DNA of 58,959 nt. Origin: Candidatus Omnitrophota bacterium (GTDB lineage Bacteria; Omnitrophota; Gorgyraeia; B26-G9). A program made the position numbers and the translations under genes. Positions 39,206-49,434 of the stretch are shown here, piece after piece. Positions within the stretch are counted from its first letter, which is position 1, and each line of letters starts with the position of its first letter. The stretch lies in NCBI GenBank assembly GCA_018817585.1, contig JAHITE010000094.1, positions 1-58,959 of the forward strand, written 5' to 3'. Below the pieces are notes generated by a model that worked only from the letters and a program-made list of their open reading frames with translations, was not told where the DNA came from and did no database searches.

Positions 39206-40648
39206 ATGAGTGAGGTAACACATTGTACGACTAAACCCCAAGATCGGATTAGTCTTAGTCAGAAACTGATATATGGACTAGGTGGGCTGGTTAATAATCT
39301 TTTGGGAGCAGCTGTTGGCTGCATGGCAATTGTGCTTAATCTCGGACTAGGCATGAATCCAGCTTTGGTTGGAACATTAATGGCATTGCCGCGATTAACT
39401 GACGCATTGACTGATCCGATTATGGGTTATATTTCCGATAATACCCGTTCGCGTTTTGGCCGGCGCAAACCCTATATCTTTTTTGGCGCGATATTTTCGG
39501 GAATTATCTTCGCGATGATGTGGCAGCTGCGTCCTGGACAGAGTGAGACATTTTATTTCTGGTATTTTCTAATTGTCTCAATTATTTTTTATCTGGCTTA
39601 TACTGTGTACGCGACTCCATGGGTAGCATTGGGTTATGAAATGACTCCGGATTATCATGAGCGTACTCGGGTTATGGGGTTTAGTAACTGGATTGGTCAG
39701 TTTGCTTGGGTGATTGCTCCTTGGTTTTGGAAAATAATGGAAAATGATACATGGTTTGCTAATAGTGTTGAAGGCGCGCGCGGTTTGGCAATCATAGTTG
39801 GAACATTTGTGGCGATTGTGGGAATCATGCCGGCTATATTTTGTAAGGAAAGATTTGGCAGCAAAGCAGATACTAATCGTAAGGCAGTAGTAAAAATTGA
39901 TGGTCTGGGTAAAAATATTGCTAAGTTTTTTAAAGGTTTCGCGATTACGCTTAAATCCAAGCCATTTCTTAAACTGTGCACTTCCACATTTCTCGTGTTT
40001 AATGGTTTCATGCTGGTTTCCGCGTTTTCTTCTTATGTAATTATTTATTATGTTTTTGGCGGTGATAGTCCTGCTGGAGCAACTTATATGGGCTTGTTTG
40101 GTACTGTTTCTTCAATTTCAACTTTTTGCGTGATTCCTTTTATTACTTGGGTTTCGACTAAAATTGGCAAAAGAAGAGCATTTATTTTTTCCACAACTGT
40201 ATCGATTTTTGGTTATGCGATGAAATGGTTTTGCTATAATCCAGCGCATCCGAATATGCTGCTTATTCCCGCGCCGTTCATTGCTTTTGGTTTGGGCGGA
40301 TTGTTTACCTTAATGGGCGCGATGATGGCTGATGTTTGTGATGTTGATGAGGTGGAAACCGGAGAGCGCAGAGAAGGCATGTATGGCTCAATTTACTGGT
40401 GGATGGTAAAATTAGGCATGGCTTTGGCTTTTGCTATATCCGGTCATTTGCTTAATGCCACTGGGTTTAAAGTAGAATTGGGCGGTGAGCAGACTGTTAG
40501 AACATTATTGCTGTTAAGAGTATTTGATATCAGCGTTCCGATGATAACCTCATTGATCGCGGTGATTACAATTTGTACTTTTAAAGTAACTGAAGAAAAA
40601 GCTTTGGAAGTGCGGAAAATACTCGAAGCACGGCGCGGTTGCGCTTAA
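39206..40648 (+). CDS. GPH-family (glycoside-pentoside-hexuronide) MFS sugar:cation symporter
   Basis: RBS GGAAGGAG 5 nt upstream. Hallmark loop LTDALTDPIMGYISDNTRSRFGRRKPYIFFG. About 12 hydrophobic helices. Confidence 0.8.
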   Translation: MSEVTHCTTKPQDRISLSQKLIYGLGGLVNNLLGAAVGCMAIVLNLGLGMNPALVGTLMALPRLTDALTDPIMGYISDNTRSRFGRRKPYIFFGAIFSGIIFAMMWQLRPGQSETFYFWYFLIVSIIFYLAYTVYATPWVALGYEMTPDYHERTRVMGFSNWIGQFAWVIAPWFWKIMENDTWFANSVEGARGLAIIVGTFVAIVGIMPAIFCKERFGSKADTNRKAVVKIDGLGKNIAKFFKGFAITLKSKPFLKLCTSTFLVFNGFMLVSAFSSYVIIYYVFGGDSPAGATYMGLFGTVSSISTFCVIPFITWVSTKIGKRRAFIFSTTVSIFGYAMKWFCYNPAHPNMLLIPAPFIAFGLGGLFTLMGAMMADVCDVDEVETGERREGMYGSIYWWMVKLGMALAFAISGHLLNATGFKVELGGEQTVRTLLLLRVFDISVPMITSLIAVITICTFKVTEEKALEVRKILEARRGCA

Positions 40649-40739
40649 AATAAGATCGAATATTAACTTTGCGGTTATTAAAAAATAAACAATAAATAAT
40701 TTATTTGTCAGAGTTGGGTTGGAAGGAAAGGGTATCTAA

Positions 40740-42632
40740 TTGCATTTTAAGCAGTTTATTATAATATTTTCAATAAGTAGTTTTTGTTTTAGTCTGAGCA
40801 GTGTTTGGGCTTTGCCTGAAGCGAGTTTTAAATTATTTGATCCAGGCACTGAACTGGTTGTTGATTACGCGAAGTATGGTGAATTTAAAAATCTGGATAC
40901 AGCCAAGTATAAATTTCAAATCAAAGACGCCAAAGGTTTGGCTGCGGCAGTGGGCGAAGGAATTTTTCCCAATAATTCGGTTAAAAATGATCCTAAATAT
41001 AAGAGTTTTGATAAAGCAAAAAAACTTGTGGGCAGTCATTGGTCTTTTGTAAATATCACGGATCATCAAGCCGCATTCTATAAATGGGCGACAGCAGCCG
41101 AAGATCCAGGGATAAAATTATTTTATACCGCGGAAATCTTGGAAACTGCCGGGCATATTAGTCAGGCAATAAAAGCTTATTACGCGACAGCCGTACATTA
41201 TCCGAGAAGCATTGGTATTACTTATTGGGGAACTGCCTGGTATGTGGGGCCAGCGGCTTTGGATCGAATTATGTATTTGACTAAAAGATATCCTGAACTG
41301 GGAATTAAGTTAGTTGACGCGCGCATAGCGGTTGAAAACCGTTATGATGAGAATTTAAAAAACGATATATTCAGCATTAATCCTGGTAAATTAATTAAAG
41401 TTAATCCTAGTCAGGTAATTGATCCAAAAATCAATCTAGCGGCTTTGGAAGTGGAGCAGGAAAAAGTTTATGGCAATATTAGTTTGATAAAATATAGTAA
41501 TAGGCATTGGCAAATGAAAGTAGACGGCCAGCCGTTTATCATCAAGGCAATGGCTTATCAGCCGTCTAAGGTCGGGCAGAGCCCGGATATCGGTACTTTA
41601 AAAGACTGGTCAATCTCCGATGAAAATCAAAACAATAAAATCGACAGTCCTTATGATTCCTGGGTTGATAAAAATCGGAATAATATTCAGGAAGGCGATG
41701 AGCCGGCTGTGGGTGATTTTCAGATCATGAAAGACATGGGGGTAAATGTTGTCCGGGTTTATCATCATGATTTTGTGCGAAATAAACAAGTGTTTGTTGA
41801 TTTGTATAAAACCTATGGAATTCGGATTATTATTGGTGATTTTTTAGGAATGTACGCGGTTGGTTCTAAAGCTGATTGGATTCCGGGAACTGATTATTCC
41901 AATCCTGAGCATCAAAGCAATATGCTCGATTCAGTGATGAAGATGGTTAATAATTATAAGGATGAGCCTTGTGTGTTAATGTGGGTATTGGGCAATGAAA
42001 ATAATTACGGAATTGCTAATAATTCCCAGAAAAATCCAGAAGCGTATTATCATTTTGTTAATGAAGTGGCTAAAAAAATCAAAGAAGTTGATCCTTATCA
42101 TCCCGTGGCTTTGTGCAATGGTGATATTCATTTTCTCGATATTTTCGCGGATAATTGCCCGGACATTGATGTTTTAGGCGCGAATTCTTATCGTGGGAAG
42201 CATGGCTTTGGCTATTATAATTTATGGCTGCCGATTAAGGAAGTCGCTGATAAGCCGGCAATGATCACAGAGTACGGCTGTCCGTCTTATGGCCATAGAT
42301 ACAGCCGGGAATATGCTGAAGATTTTCAGGCGGATTATCTGGTCAGCAATTGGCAGGATATTATCCAGAACAGCGCGGGTTATGGTACTGGCAATGCTTT
42401 GGGCGGAGTAGTATTTGAATTTGTTGATGAATGGTGGAAAACCGGAGCGCCTCCAGGATTTCCGGATATAATTCAGGATGTTACTCCTAATTGCGGCGGG
42501 CCATTTGTTGATGGATGGTATTATGAGGAGTGGTTTGGAATTACCAGTCAGGGAGATGCTACGGATTCTCCGTTTATGCGCCAGCTTAAAAAATCTTACT
42601 TTGAACTGCAGAAAATTTGGCTGGAAAAATAA
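40740..42632 (+). CDS. Secreted clan GH-A (beta/alpha)8 glycoside hydrolase with N-terminal extra domain
   Basis: TTG start after GGAAGGAAAGGG. Signal peptide FSISSFCFSLSSVWALPEA. VDGQPFIIKAMAYQP, MGVNVVRVYHHD, MWVLGNENNYG (acid/base Glu), DVLGANSYRG, AMITEYGCPS (nucleophile Glu), GGVVFEFVDEWWK. Confidence 0.7.
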   Translation: MHFKQFIIIFSISSFCFSLSSVWALPEASFKLFDPGTELVVDYAKYGEFKNLDTAKYKFQIKDAKGLAAAVGEGIFPNNSVKNDPKYKSFDKAKKLVGSHWSFVNITDHQAAFYKWATAAEDPGIKLFYTAEILETAGHISQAIKAYYATAVHYPRSIGITYWGTAWYVGPAALDRIMYLTKRYPELGIKLVDARIAVENRYDENLKNDIFSINPGKLIKVNPSQVIDPKINLAALEVEQEKVYGNISLIKYSNRHWQMKVDGQPFIIKAMAYQPSKVGQSPDIGTLKDWSISDENQNNKIDSPYDSWVDKNRNNIQEGDEPAVGDFQIMKDMGVNVVRVYHHDFVRNKQVFVDLYKTYGIRIIIGDFLGMYAVGSKADWIPGTDYSNPEHQSNMLDSVMKMVNNYKDEPCVLMWVLGNENNYGIANNSQKNPEAYYHFVNEVAKKIKEVDPYHPVALCNGDIHFLDIFADNCPDIDVLGANSYRGKHGFGYYNLWLPIKEVADKPAMITEYGCPSYGHRYSREYAEDFQADYLVSNWQDIIQNSAGYGTGNALGGVVFEFVDEWWKTGAPPGFPDIIQDVTPNCGGPFVDGWYYEEWFGITSQGDATDSPFMRQLKKSYFELQKIWLEK

Positions 42633-42645
42633 TATTATTAAGGTA

Positions 42646-43308
42646 ATGGTTAAGATAAGGAAAAAGATAAAAATGAAAAATAGTTGCTTCCTGATAGTTT
42701 TAATCAGTTTAATTGTTTGCGCTAATCCTTGGGTTTTTGCTCAGGAAGGATTAATTCCGGAATCTGAGCCAGCTAAAAAAGCGGGACAGGCCATTGAGCT
42801 TAAACAGCAAATTGTTTATTCTGATAAAGACGCCGCGGAAAACAGTTTTTTTCCATCCCAGACTATTGGCGATGGGCCGGCAATTGAATTTGATCAGGGT
42901 TGGCAGGAAAATCCCCAATCCGGCAGTACCTGTGTAAAAATAAAATATAACGCGACTGGTGATTTTGGCTGGGCAGGCCTTTATTGGGTTAATCCGGTTG
43001 GTAATTGGGGACAGAAAAAAGGCGGCTATGATTTGCGCTTTGCAAAAAAACTTACTTTTTGGGCCAAGGGAGAAAAAGGAGGTGAACACATCGCGGTTTT
43101 TAGATTAGGCGGTTTAAAAGGAACTTATCCTGATTCTGATAATCACGGAATCGGACCTGTGGTATTGACTCCAGAGTGGAAACAGTACGCTGTGGATGTT
43201 TCTCAAAGAAATCTGAAGTACATTTTTGCCGGGTTTAGCTTTGCTCTTACCAAAGCGCACAATCGAAAAGGTTGTATTTTTTACCTGGATAATATAAAAT
43301 ATGAGTAA
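42646..43308 (+). CDS. Secreted CBM-like beta-sandwich protein (paralog 1)
   Basis: The track ORF starts at 42478 inside the previous gene. Realistic starts are ATG 42646 (MVKIRKKIKMKNS...) or 42673. Signal peptide LISLIVCANPWVFAQEG. GSTCVKIKYNATGDFGWAGLYWVNP..WG...GYDLRFAKKLTFWAKGEKGGE ... FYLDNIKYE. Confidence 0.6.
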   Translation: MVKIRKKIKMKNSCFLIVLISLIVCANPWVFAQEGLIPESEPAKKAGQAIELKQQIVYSDKDAAENSFFPSQTIGDGPAIEFDQGWQENPQSGSTCVKIKYNATGDFGWAGLYWVNPVGNWGQKKGGYDLRFAKKLTFWAKGEKGGEHIAVFRLGGLKGTYPDSDNHGIGPVVLTPEWKQYAVDVSQRNLKYIFAGFSFALTKAHNRKGCIFYLDNIKYE

Positions 43309-43338
43309 TAGGTTTGGGGCTTAGAATTAATAATGATT

Positions 43339-43398
43339 CCCGAATCAGCAGCTAACCGCTGCTTCTCGGGCAAAATTCCCCCGCCGAATTGCGGCGGG
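43339..43398 (+). other. Two GC-rich hairpins between the CBM-like paralogs
   Basis: CCCGA-ATC-AGCAGC / GCTGCT-TC-TCGGG (43339..43370) and CCCGCCG / CGGCGGG (43380..43398). No T-tract follows. Confidence 0.5.
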
Positions 43399-43419
43399 AT
43401 CAATTAAGAGGAGGAAGTA

Positions 43420-44064
43420 ATGAAAAAGGTAGTTTGGTTTGTGGCAATTTTATGTTTAGGCTTGATGCTTTCTGCTCCCATGGCTGTTGCTCAGGACTGG
43501 GAAGATTCGGACGCGGAGCTTATTGGTAAAACCGGAGATTTTAAAGATGGGATATTCTATGTATACAAAGAGAGAGATGATAAAGAAAATCATTTTGTTC
43601 CATCGGGATGGATGGGGGATACCGGAGATCTAAAAATGGACTTATTTTGTCAACAAATGCCATATTCCGGAAATACCTGTATAAAATTTACTTATACAGC
43701 AAAAGGCAAGCAAGGCGCTAATTGGGCTGGAGTATTCTGGCAGAACCCAGCGAATAACTGGGGTGAGGTAAATGGCGGATTTGATCTGCGCGGAGCTAAA
43801 AAACTTACATTTTGGGCTAAGGGGCAAAATGGTGGTGAGCGGCTAATGGAATTTAAAATGGGCGGGATTAATGGCCCTTATCCTGATTCTGATTCTGTGG
43901 GAATCGGACCAATTGACCTTACAGCTGAATGGCAGCAATATACAATTGATTTGACTGATGTTGATTTGTCATATGTAAACGGTGGTTTTTGTTGGGCATC
44001 AAACGCGGATTCCAATCCAGATGGAGCAGTTTTCTACCTGGATGATATTCGTTATGAAAAATAA
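43420..44064 (+). CDS. Secreted CBM-like beta-sandwich protein (paralog 2)
   Basis: RBS AGAGGAGGA. Signal peptide LCLGLMLSAPMAVAQD. GNTCIKFTYTAKGKQGANWAGVFWQNP..NWG...GFDLRGAKKLTFWAKGQNGGE ... FYLDDIRYEK. Confidence 0.7.
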   Translation: MKKVVWFVAILCLGLMLSAPMAVAQDWEDSDAELIGKTGDFKDGIFYVYKERDDKENHFVPSGWMGDTGDLKMDLFCQQMPYSGNTCIKFTYTAKGKQGANWAGVFWQNPANNWGEVNGGFDLRGAKKLTFWAKGQNGGERLMEFKMGGINGPYPDSDSVGIGPIDLTAEWQQYTIDLTDVDLSYVNGGFCWASNADSNPDGAVFYLDDIRYEK

Positions 44065-44091
44065 TTAATCGTTTAATAAATATCAACAAAT

Positions 44092-44136
44092 AAGGGTAGG
44101 GGCCTGATTCTAGTTCCTACCCTTATTTGCTGTTTT
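44092..44136 (+). terminator. Rho-independent terminator
   Basis: Stem AAGGGTAGG (44092..44100) / CCTACCCTT (44116..44124), 15-nt loop, then ATTTGCTGTTTT. Confidence 0.55.
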
Positions 44137-44230
44137 AGTGTGCGAGTTGAATTATTACAAACTGTTTTTTAAAACAAGGGATTGTTGCTTAAATTTATCA
44201 AGATGAGAAATCAGGGAAAGGTTTTTTTGT

Positions 44231-45505
44231 ATGAATAGGGAAATTCGGAAAATCGCAGTAGGCTTAATATTTTTATTGCTCACAGGCTGCAGCTTAATAA
44301 ATCAAGAGCCTAAGGGTAAGGTGTCTATTAATAAAATAAAAGTTAAAAAAGAAAACAAAGAAGATGAACAAAAATATCACTATCAGCTGATTGTTGATAA
44401 AAAACCGTTTATTATTAAAGGAGTTTGTTATTCCCCGGTACCGATTGGCCAGCAGGGTATTTTATATAATTTTATGTGCGACGCGAATAAGCCTTGGATA
44501 GTTGATGGAAAATTAATGCGGGAAATGGGTGTAAATACTGTGCGGCTTTATCATAGCGGTGAAGAAGTCGCTTTTTGCCGGGAGATGATTGAAGATTTAT
44601 ACAATATGTATGGGATCAGAACGATCTTAGGTCATAGTCTGGGATTTTGGGATTATCCGCCGGCAAATTATGCTGATCCGGAATTTAGAAAACAAATTAC
44701 GGATAAAGTGTTAAAAACCGTGGAATATTTTAAAGATGTGCCGGGTTTATTGATCTGGAATTTAGGCAATGAGAATAATTATAGTTTTGATGGAAGAATC
44801 AATCCCTGGTCAAACGATGAAATTGACGCCCTGGATACTTTTGGCAAAAAAAGAGACGCTCGGGCCAAAATATATTACGCGTTTGTTAATGAATTGGCTA
44901 AAAAGATAAAAAAAGTTGATCCAGCGCATCTTGTTTCTTTGGGTAATGGGGAAACCGTGGGTTTAAAAATCGCCGAGGAAAATTGTCCGGATGTAGATCT
45001 GATTGGCTGTATTGTCTATCGAGGCAGGGTATTTGGCAACTTTTTTAAAGAAATAAAACGCAAGTTTGACCGGCCGGTAATTTTAACTGAATTTGGCTGT
45101 GATGCTTTTAATATGGTTAAAATGCAGGAAGATCAGAAAAACCAGTCAAAGTTTTTAAAGAGCCAGTGGCTGGATATTGAGAATAATCTGGCTGGCGGCC
45201 CAGGAATGGGAAATTGTTTGGGCGGAGTTATTTTTGAATGGAGCGATGAATGGTGGAAAAGCTCGGAAAGTGACCGGGATAGCTGGTTGGTTCATGATAA
45301 TGATGCTGCCTGGGGTATGGGCTCTTATGATTTTGACGCTAAAGCTGGTAAGAATATGAATGAAGAATGGTTTGGCTTAGTAAGTTTAGAGCCGGAACTG
45401 GACGCGAATGGCTTAAATAAAAGAAGCCCGAGAAAGGCTTATTATGTTTTGCGCAAACTTTGGAATCAGGCTTATCAAAATCAAGCGGATGAAACGGAAA
45501 AATAA
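44231..45505 (+). CDS. Lipoprotein clan GH-A glycoside hydrolase (paralog of 40740..42632 catalytic domain)
   Basis: Lipobox LLLTGC. VDKKPFIIKGVCYSP, MGVNTVRLYHSG, LIWNLGNENNYS, VILTEFGCDAF, GGVIFEWSDEWWKS, EEWFGLVS. Confidence 0.7.
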   Translation: MNREIRKIAVGLIFLLLTGCSLINQEPKGKVSINKIKVKKENKEDEQKYHYQLIVDKKPFIIKGVCYSPVPIGQQGILYNFMCDANKPWIVDGKLMREMGVNTVRLYHSGEEVAFCREMIEDLYNMYGIRTILGHSLGFWDYPPANYADPEFRKQITDKVLKTVEYFKDVPGLLIWNLGNENNYSFDGRINPWSNDEIDALDTFGKKRDARAKIYYAFVNELAKKIKKVDPAHLVSLGNGETVGLKIAEENCPDVDLIGCIVYRGRVFGNFFKEIKRKFDRPVILTEFGCDAFNMVKMQEDQKNQSKFLKSQWLDIENNLAGGPGMGNCLGGVIFEWSDEWWKSSESDRDSWLVHDNDAAWGMGSYDFDAKAGKNMNEEWFGLVSLEPELDANGLNKRSPRKAYYVLRKLWNQAYQNQADETEK

Positions 45506-45547
45506 AATAATTTAAATCAACTGAAAAAACAAAGGATGTGAACGCGT

Positions 45548-47368
45548 ATGTATAGTTTTGTGTTTAACTCTAAAAAAATAAAATTTAGCTTAATGATTTT
45601 TATGCTGATAAGTTTTATGTTAGGCAAAACGCTTTGTTTAGCGGAAACAGAGATTTCCGCCCAGACAATTAAAGATCGTTTTACTGCCTTTGTTTCTCAG
45701 GAAGATTTTACAGGACTGCGGCTATATTTAAAACAGCTTAAAATCCCGGGCGCTGATTCCGCGAATAGCTTTTTAGTGGAATATTATACAGCTTTGGCTG
45801 ATTCTATGTATCTGGATAATCTGGAGAAAAAAGAGTTGTGGCAGGTTTTTTATGACAATATAGACGCACTGGATGAGCAGATAACTCAAATCGCGGCTAA
45901 ATACGCGGACAGGCAAATCAGCAGTGAGCTGCTGGATTTGCAGTATTTAGCGCAAAAAGCTTATTTGCGCGATGAAGATGAAGAATCCGCGGAACAGGTG
46001 TTTAATAATTTTGTAAATAATCTGATTGCTTATACTGAGCAAAGCGGTGATATTGCAAAATTTCAGGAAGTTGCCCGAATCATTGCTCAAGAGGGCAGAA
46101 AACATCAGCTGAATCAGCTGTTTGTGGCCTATAAAGATTATCTGCTGGCGAATAACGCGGATGCTTCTTCCGCGCAAAATTTATTAGAAATCGCTGATCG
46201 ATATTTGGCTGATGGGCAAATTGATATGGCGATTGTTATCTACGGCCATTATATTGATTTTATTCTAGCGAAATACGCGCAGCCTGAGGCAAAAGCAGCT
46301 TTGCTCAATATTTGTGATAAATTCCGGGACTATGGTTTTTCTTTAGCAGTTGACGCGGATTTTGCTGAGCAACTATATGCTAAAGCGGAAAAAACTTTTG
46401 GTCCGGAAGTATTTAATGAAACAGAGATATTTGCCAGAGGGCTAAATCTGGAAGCATTGGGAGATTATAAACGAGCGCGGGAAGAGTATAAAAATTGCGC
46501 GAAAAAAGCCAATGAAAAGCAGCTTTTAGCGGAAGTCTATACCCGCTTAGGGATTATAAATATTTTTTATCAAGGCAATCTGGATCCAGGACTGAATTAT
46601 CTGGAAAAAGTAAGCAATGAATTTGCTGATTCGGATTATGCTGATTTTTGCGCTTATCAGTCTGGTTTGATTTTCCAGTGGAAGAAAGAAAATCAAAAAG
46701 CCGCGCGAATATATTCAAAGCTTATTGATCAGGCTAATCCTTTTTCTGCCCAGGCAGCCCAGCGTAAGCAGGAAATTGATGATGAAAAGCCTTTACCCGA
46801 GGAATTAGCTTATCCTTTGGATATGCTGTTTGGCGGGCAAGGTTCGAATATTGTGATGACTTTAAAAAGCTTGCCTCAATCCGGATTTATCAATCAGGAG
46901 ATTGTTTGGCAGGCAACTGCCCAGGATTTCTCCGTGGGCACGGTTCAGCCTTTGTTTAAATATGAATGGTTCGGGGATATAGGTTTAAATAATGTTCCAG
47001 GCAATGTCACTGAATTTAAAACCACTTATGATACGCTTATGCCGAAACTCCTGTGTCTTGTGGCAAAAACTCCGGGCAGTGAAAACGCGGTTTGCCGAAG
47101 TGTCTGGATACATGATATAGTTCTTGATATCAGCAGAGAAAACAAAATTGGTCAGCCGGTTAATTTCGGCGCGCGGATTTATCCCGCGACTATTTTGGAA
47201 AAAGATATTCAATGGAGCTGGGATATCAAAGCCCCACAGCCGATCAATGGGCAGACAAAAAACTTTAATCATTTGTTTGAGCAGGCCGGGGATTATGCTG
47301 GCGAGCTTTTAATCACGATTAAAGGTCAGAAAATAAGTAAAAAGTTTTCGTTTAAAGTTAGTGAATAG
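45548..47368 (+). CDS. Secreted TPR-like protein with C-terminal PKD/Ig-like repeats
   Basis: Signal peptide MIFMLISFMLGKTLCLAETE. TPR-like helices (LGDYKRAREEYKNCAKKA..., AEVYTRLGIINIFYQGNLDPGLNYLEKV). C-terminal YEWFGDIG...FKTTYDT and WSWDIKAP...HLFEQAGDYAGELLITIKG. Confidence 0.6.
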   Translation: MYSFVFNSKKIKFSLMIFMLISFMLGKTLCLAETEISAQTIKDRFTAFVSQEDFTGLRLYLKQLKIPGADSANSFLVEYYTALADSMYLDNLEKKELWQVFYDNIDALDEQITQIAAKYADRQISSELLDLQYLAQKAYLRDEDEESAEQVFNNFVNNLIAYTEQSGDIAKFQEVARIIAQEGRKHQLNQLFVAYKDYLLANNADASSAQNLLEIADRYLADGQIDMAIVIYGHYIDFILAKYAQPEAKAALLNICDKFRDYGFSLAVDADFAEQLYAKAEKTFGPEVFNETEIFARGLNLEALGDYKRAREEYKNCAKKANEKQLLAEVYTRLGIINIFYQGNLDPGLNYLEKVSNEFADSDYADFCAYQSGLIFQWKKENQKAARIYSKLIDQANPFSAQAAQRKQEIDDEKPLPEELAYPLDMLFGGQGSNIVMTLKSLPQSGFINQEIVWQATAQDFSVGTVQPLFKYEWFGDIGLNNVPGNVTEFKTTYDTLMPKLLCLVAKTPGSENAVCRSVWIHDIVLDISRENKIGQPVNFGARIYPATILEKDIQWSWDIKAPQPINGQTKNFNHLFEQAGDYAGELLITIKGQKISKKFSFKVSE

Positions 47369-47439
47369 TTTGTGGCAGGTTAAGCTTTATGCTAAAATAA
47401 TTCAAACTGATAATTCAAAGCAACGGAAAATATTTGCCT

Positions 47440-49386
47440 ATGACAAATGAAAGAAGAAAATATGTTCGGCTTAATAAAATCTTTCCGGTTGAATTAAAAA
47501 TTGTTGATTCCCAGAACAAGCCGCTAAGTGATTTACTTCAGGGTTTTACCCGCGATGTAAGCTTTTTCGGCGTATGCGTGGAAATAAACAGCTTTAAACC
47601 CGAACACCTTGAACTGCTTAAAGACACTAAAAACAAACTCCAAATATTTTTAAATATCCCCTTAAAAAATAATCCGGTCAAAGCGATTGCCCGGATTGCT
47701 TGGTCCAAGAAAACCGCGTCGCCTTATCCTGAGAGTTGCATGTTAGGATTGGCTTATGAGGCAATTGACAGTGTTGAGCAAAAACGGATAATCAGTTTTG
47801 CTAAGTTCCTGACTGCTATTCCCCGGATGATTGTTGTGGGTTGTCTGCTGCTGTTATTGTTCTGCGGATTTTTAGCCTATGATAATATCCGGCTGAATCG
47901 TAATAATAATTTATTAGTCGAGCAGCTCAGCCAATTAAGTGATGAGCAGTTTATCGTAAACCAGGAACTGGATAAAATTAAAGCGGAAAAGCTGATTTTA
48001 GCCGGGATGATGAATTATAGCGCGAAAGCGGAAAATCAAACGCGGGAAAAATTAAGCCGGATTGAAGCATTGCAAAAGCAGCAATTGGCTGAGCAGAATA
48101 CTGAGCAGGTGGAGAAATTATTATTAGTTCAGCAGCAGTTAAAAAAGCAGCTGGCTGTTTTATCAACTGAAAAACAACAGATTGAGAGCAGGCTTAATCA
48201 ATATACCGATACGCAAATCGTACTTGAGACTAAACTGGAAAAAATCAGTAACAAAAGAGTGGTTTTAGAAGATAAAACTCTGGATTTAATGCGCCAATGG
48301 CTTTTGGCTTCGCAAAGCAGCAAAACCGGGCTGATTGTCAGCTATGACAATGATCATGCTTTTATTGATGTCGGCTTTACTTATGACCAGGCTTTGAGCG
48401 CGTTTAATTTTATTAATTTTAAGCAGTATGAAAAAGCAGAATTGATTTTTGATTTTTTCAATAATCGCGCTAAAAAAGTCCAGGGAGGATTTGCCAATGC
48501 TTATGATGTGATTACCGGCAATGTCTCGGAATATATTGTGCATACTGGTCCGGTGATTTATTTAGGACTGGCGCTGATGCGGTATGAGCAGGCAACCGGA
48601 AAGACCACCTATAAGCAGCTGGTATCTGATATCGCTGATTGGCTGTTGGAATTACAGAATAGAAATAAAGACGGTTCGTTGCCGGGCGGGCCGCAGGTTA
48701 ATTGGGCGGGAACCGAGCAGAATATTGCCGCGTATATGTTTTTTAAAAAACTATTTAAAGAAAGTAATGATCAGCGTTATGCTCTGGCGGCGCGGAAAGT
48801 GTATAAATGGCTGAAGGATTCCGCCTACAATAAAACATTAAAACGGTTTAATCGCGGTACTGATGACCGGATGATTGCCACAGATACTGTTGCTTTGAGT
48901 ATAATGGCTTTTGGGCCGCAGGGGCTGGAAGACATGGGCGTTGCCGTAGACGATCTTTTGGCTTGTGTTGAGGAAAACTGCAAGACCACGATAAATATTC
49001 AAAATATCGCGGGGAAAAAGGTAAAGGTCAGCGGTTTTGATTTTTGCGCGTCTTCGAGCATCAGCCGCGGCGGTACAATCTCAGTGGAATGGACAGCGCA
49101 AATGGTAGTTGCATTGTGCCAGATCAGCAGTTTTTACAAACAGCAAGATGATCAGGCTCAAGCCAGTAAATATCAGCGCAAAGCTGATTATTATTTAGGC
49201 GAGCTGGAAAAACTGATGCTGATCCGGGCGGCTTTTGGTTCGAGTAAGGGCCGAGGCGGTTTGCCTTATGCCAGTAATAGCGCTGTTGATACCGGCCATG
49301 GCTGGTATACTCCGGACAGCGGTTCAATTTCCGCGGCTGGAACTAATTTTGCAATTTTCGCGAAAGAAGAGTATAATATATTTTAG
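47440..49386 (+). CDS. PilZ - TM - coiled-coil - (alpha/alpha) toroid protein
   Basis: ATG 47440 (the track uses TTG 47434). PilZ motifs RRKYVR and DVSFFGVC. TM MIVVGCLLLLLFCGFLAY. Q/L/E-rich coiled coil of about 150 aa. The C-terminal toroid is homologous to giant-ORF region 10890..12310. Confidence 0.75.
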   Translation: MTNERRKYVRLNKIFPVELKIVDSQNKPLSDLLQGFTRDVSFFGVCVEINSFKPEHLELLKDTKNKLQIFLNIPLKNNPVKAIARIAWSKKTASPYPESCMLGLAYEAIDSVEQKRIISFAKFLTAIPRMIVVGCLLLLLFCGFLAYDNIRLNRNNNLLVEQLSQLSDEQFIVNQELDKIKAEKLILAGMMNYSAKAENQTREKLSRIEALQKQQLAEQNTEQVEKLLLVQQQLKKQLAVLSTEKQQIESRLNQYTDTQIVLETKLEKISNKRVVLEDKTLDLMRQWLLASQSSKTGLIVSYDNDHAFIDVGFTYDQALSAFNFINFKQYEKAELIFDFFNNRAKKVQGGFANAYDVITGNVSEYIVHTGPVIYLGLALMRYEQATGKTTYKQLVSDIADWLLELQNRNKDGSLPGGPQVNWAGTEQNIAAYMFFKKLFKESNDQRYALAARKVYKWLKDSAYNKTLKRFNRGTDDRMIATDTVALSIMAFGPQGLEDMGVAVDDLLACVEENCKTTINIQNIAGKKVKVSGFDFCASSSISRGGTISVEWTAQMVVALCQISSFYKQQDDQAQASKYQRKADYYLGELEKLMLIRAAFGSSKGRGGLPYASNSAVDTGHGWYTPDSGSISAAGTNFAIFAKEEYNIF

Positions 49387-49434
49387 GAAATTAACTATGT
49401 ATAAATCCAGTTTAGCCAAGGATGGTTGCTGAAA

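Noticed and set aside
40801-41052. Alternative-frame + strand ORFs inside annotated genes (40801..41052, 41995..42177, 45177..45359, 47124..47312, 6908..7147).
   Set aside because: They are short, embedded in genes with clear family motifs in another frame, and lack RBS or motifs.
42478-42645. Upstream extension of the first CBM-like ORF, as given by the ORF track.
   Set aside because: The extension overlaps the 3' end of the hydrolase gene in another frame and encodes no signal peptide. The signal peptide begins only after ATG 42646/42673.
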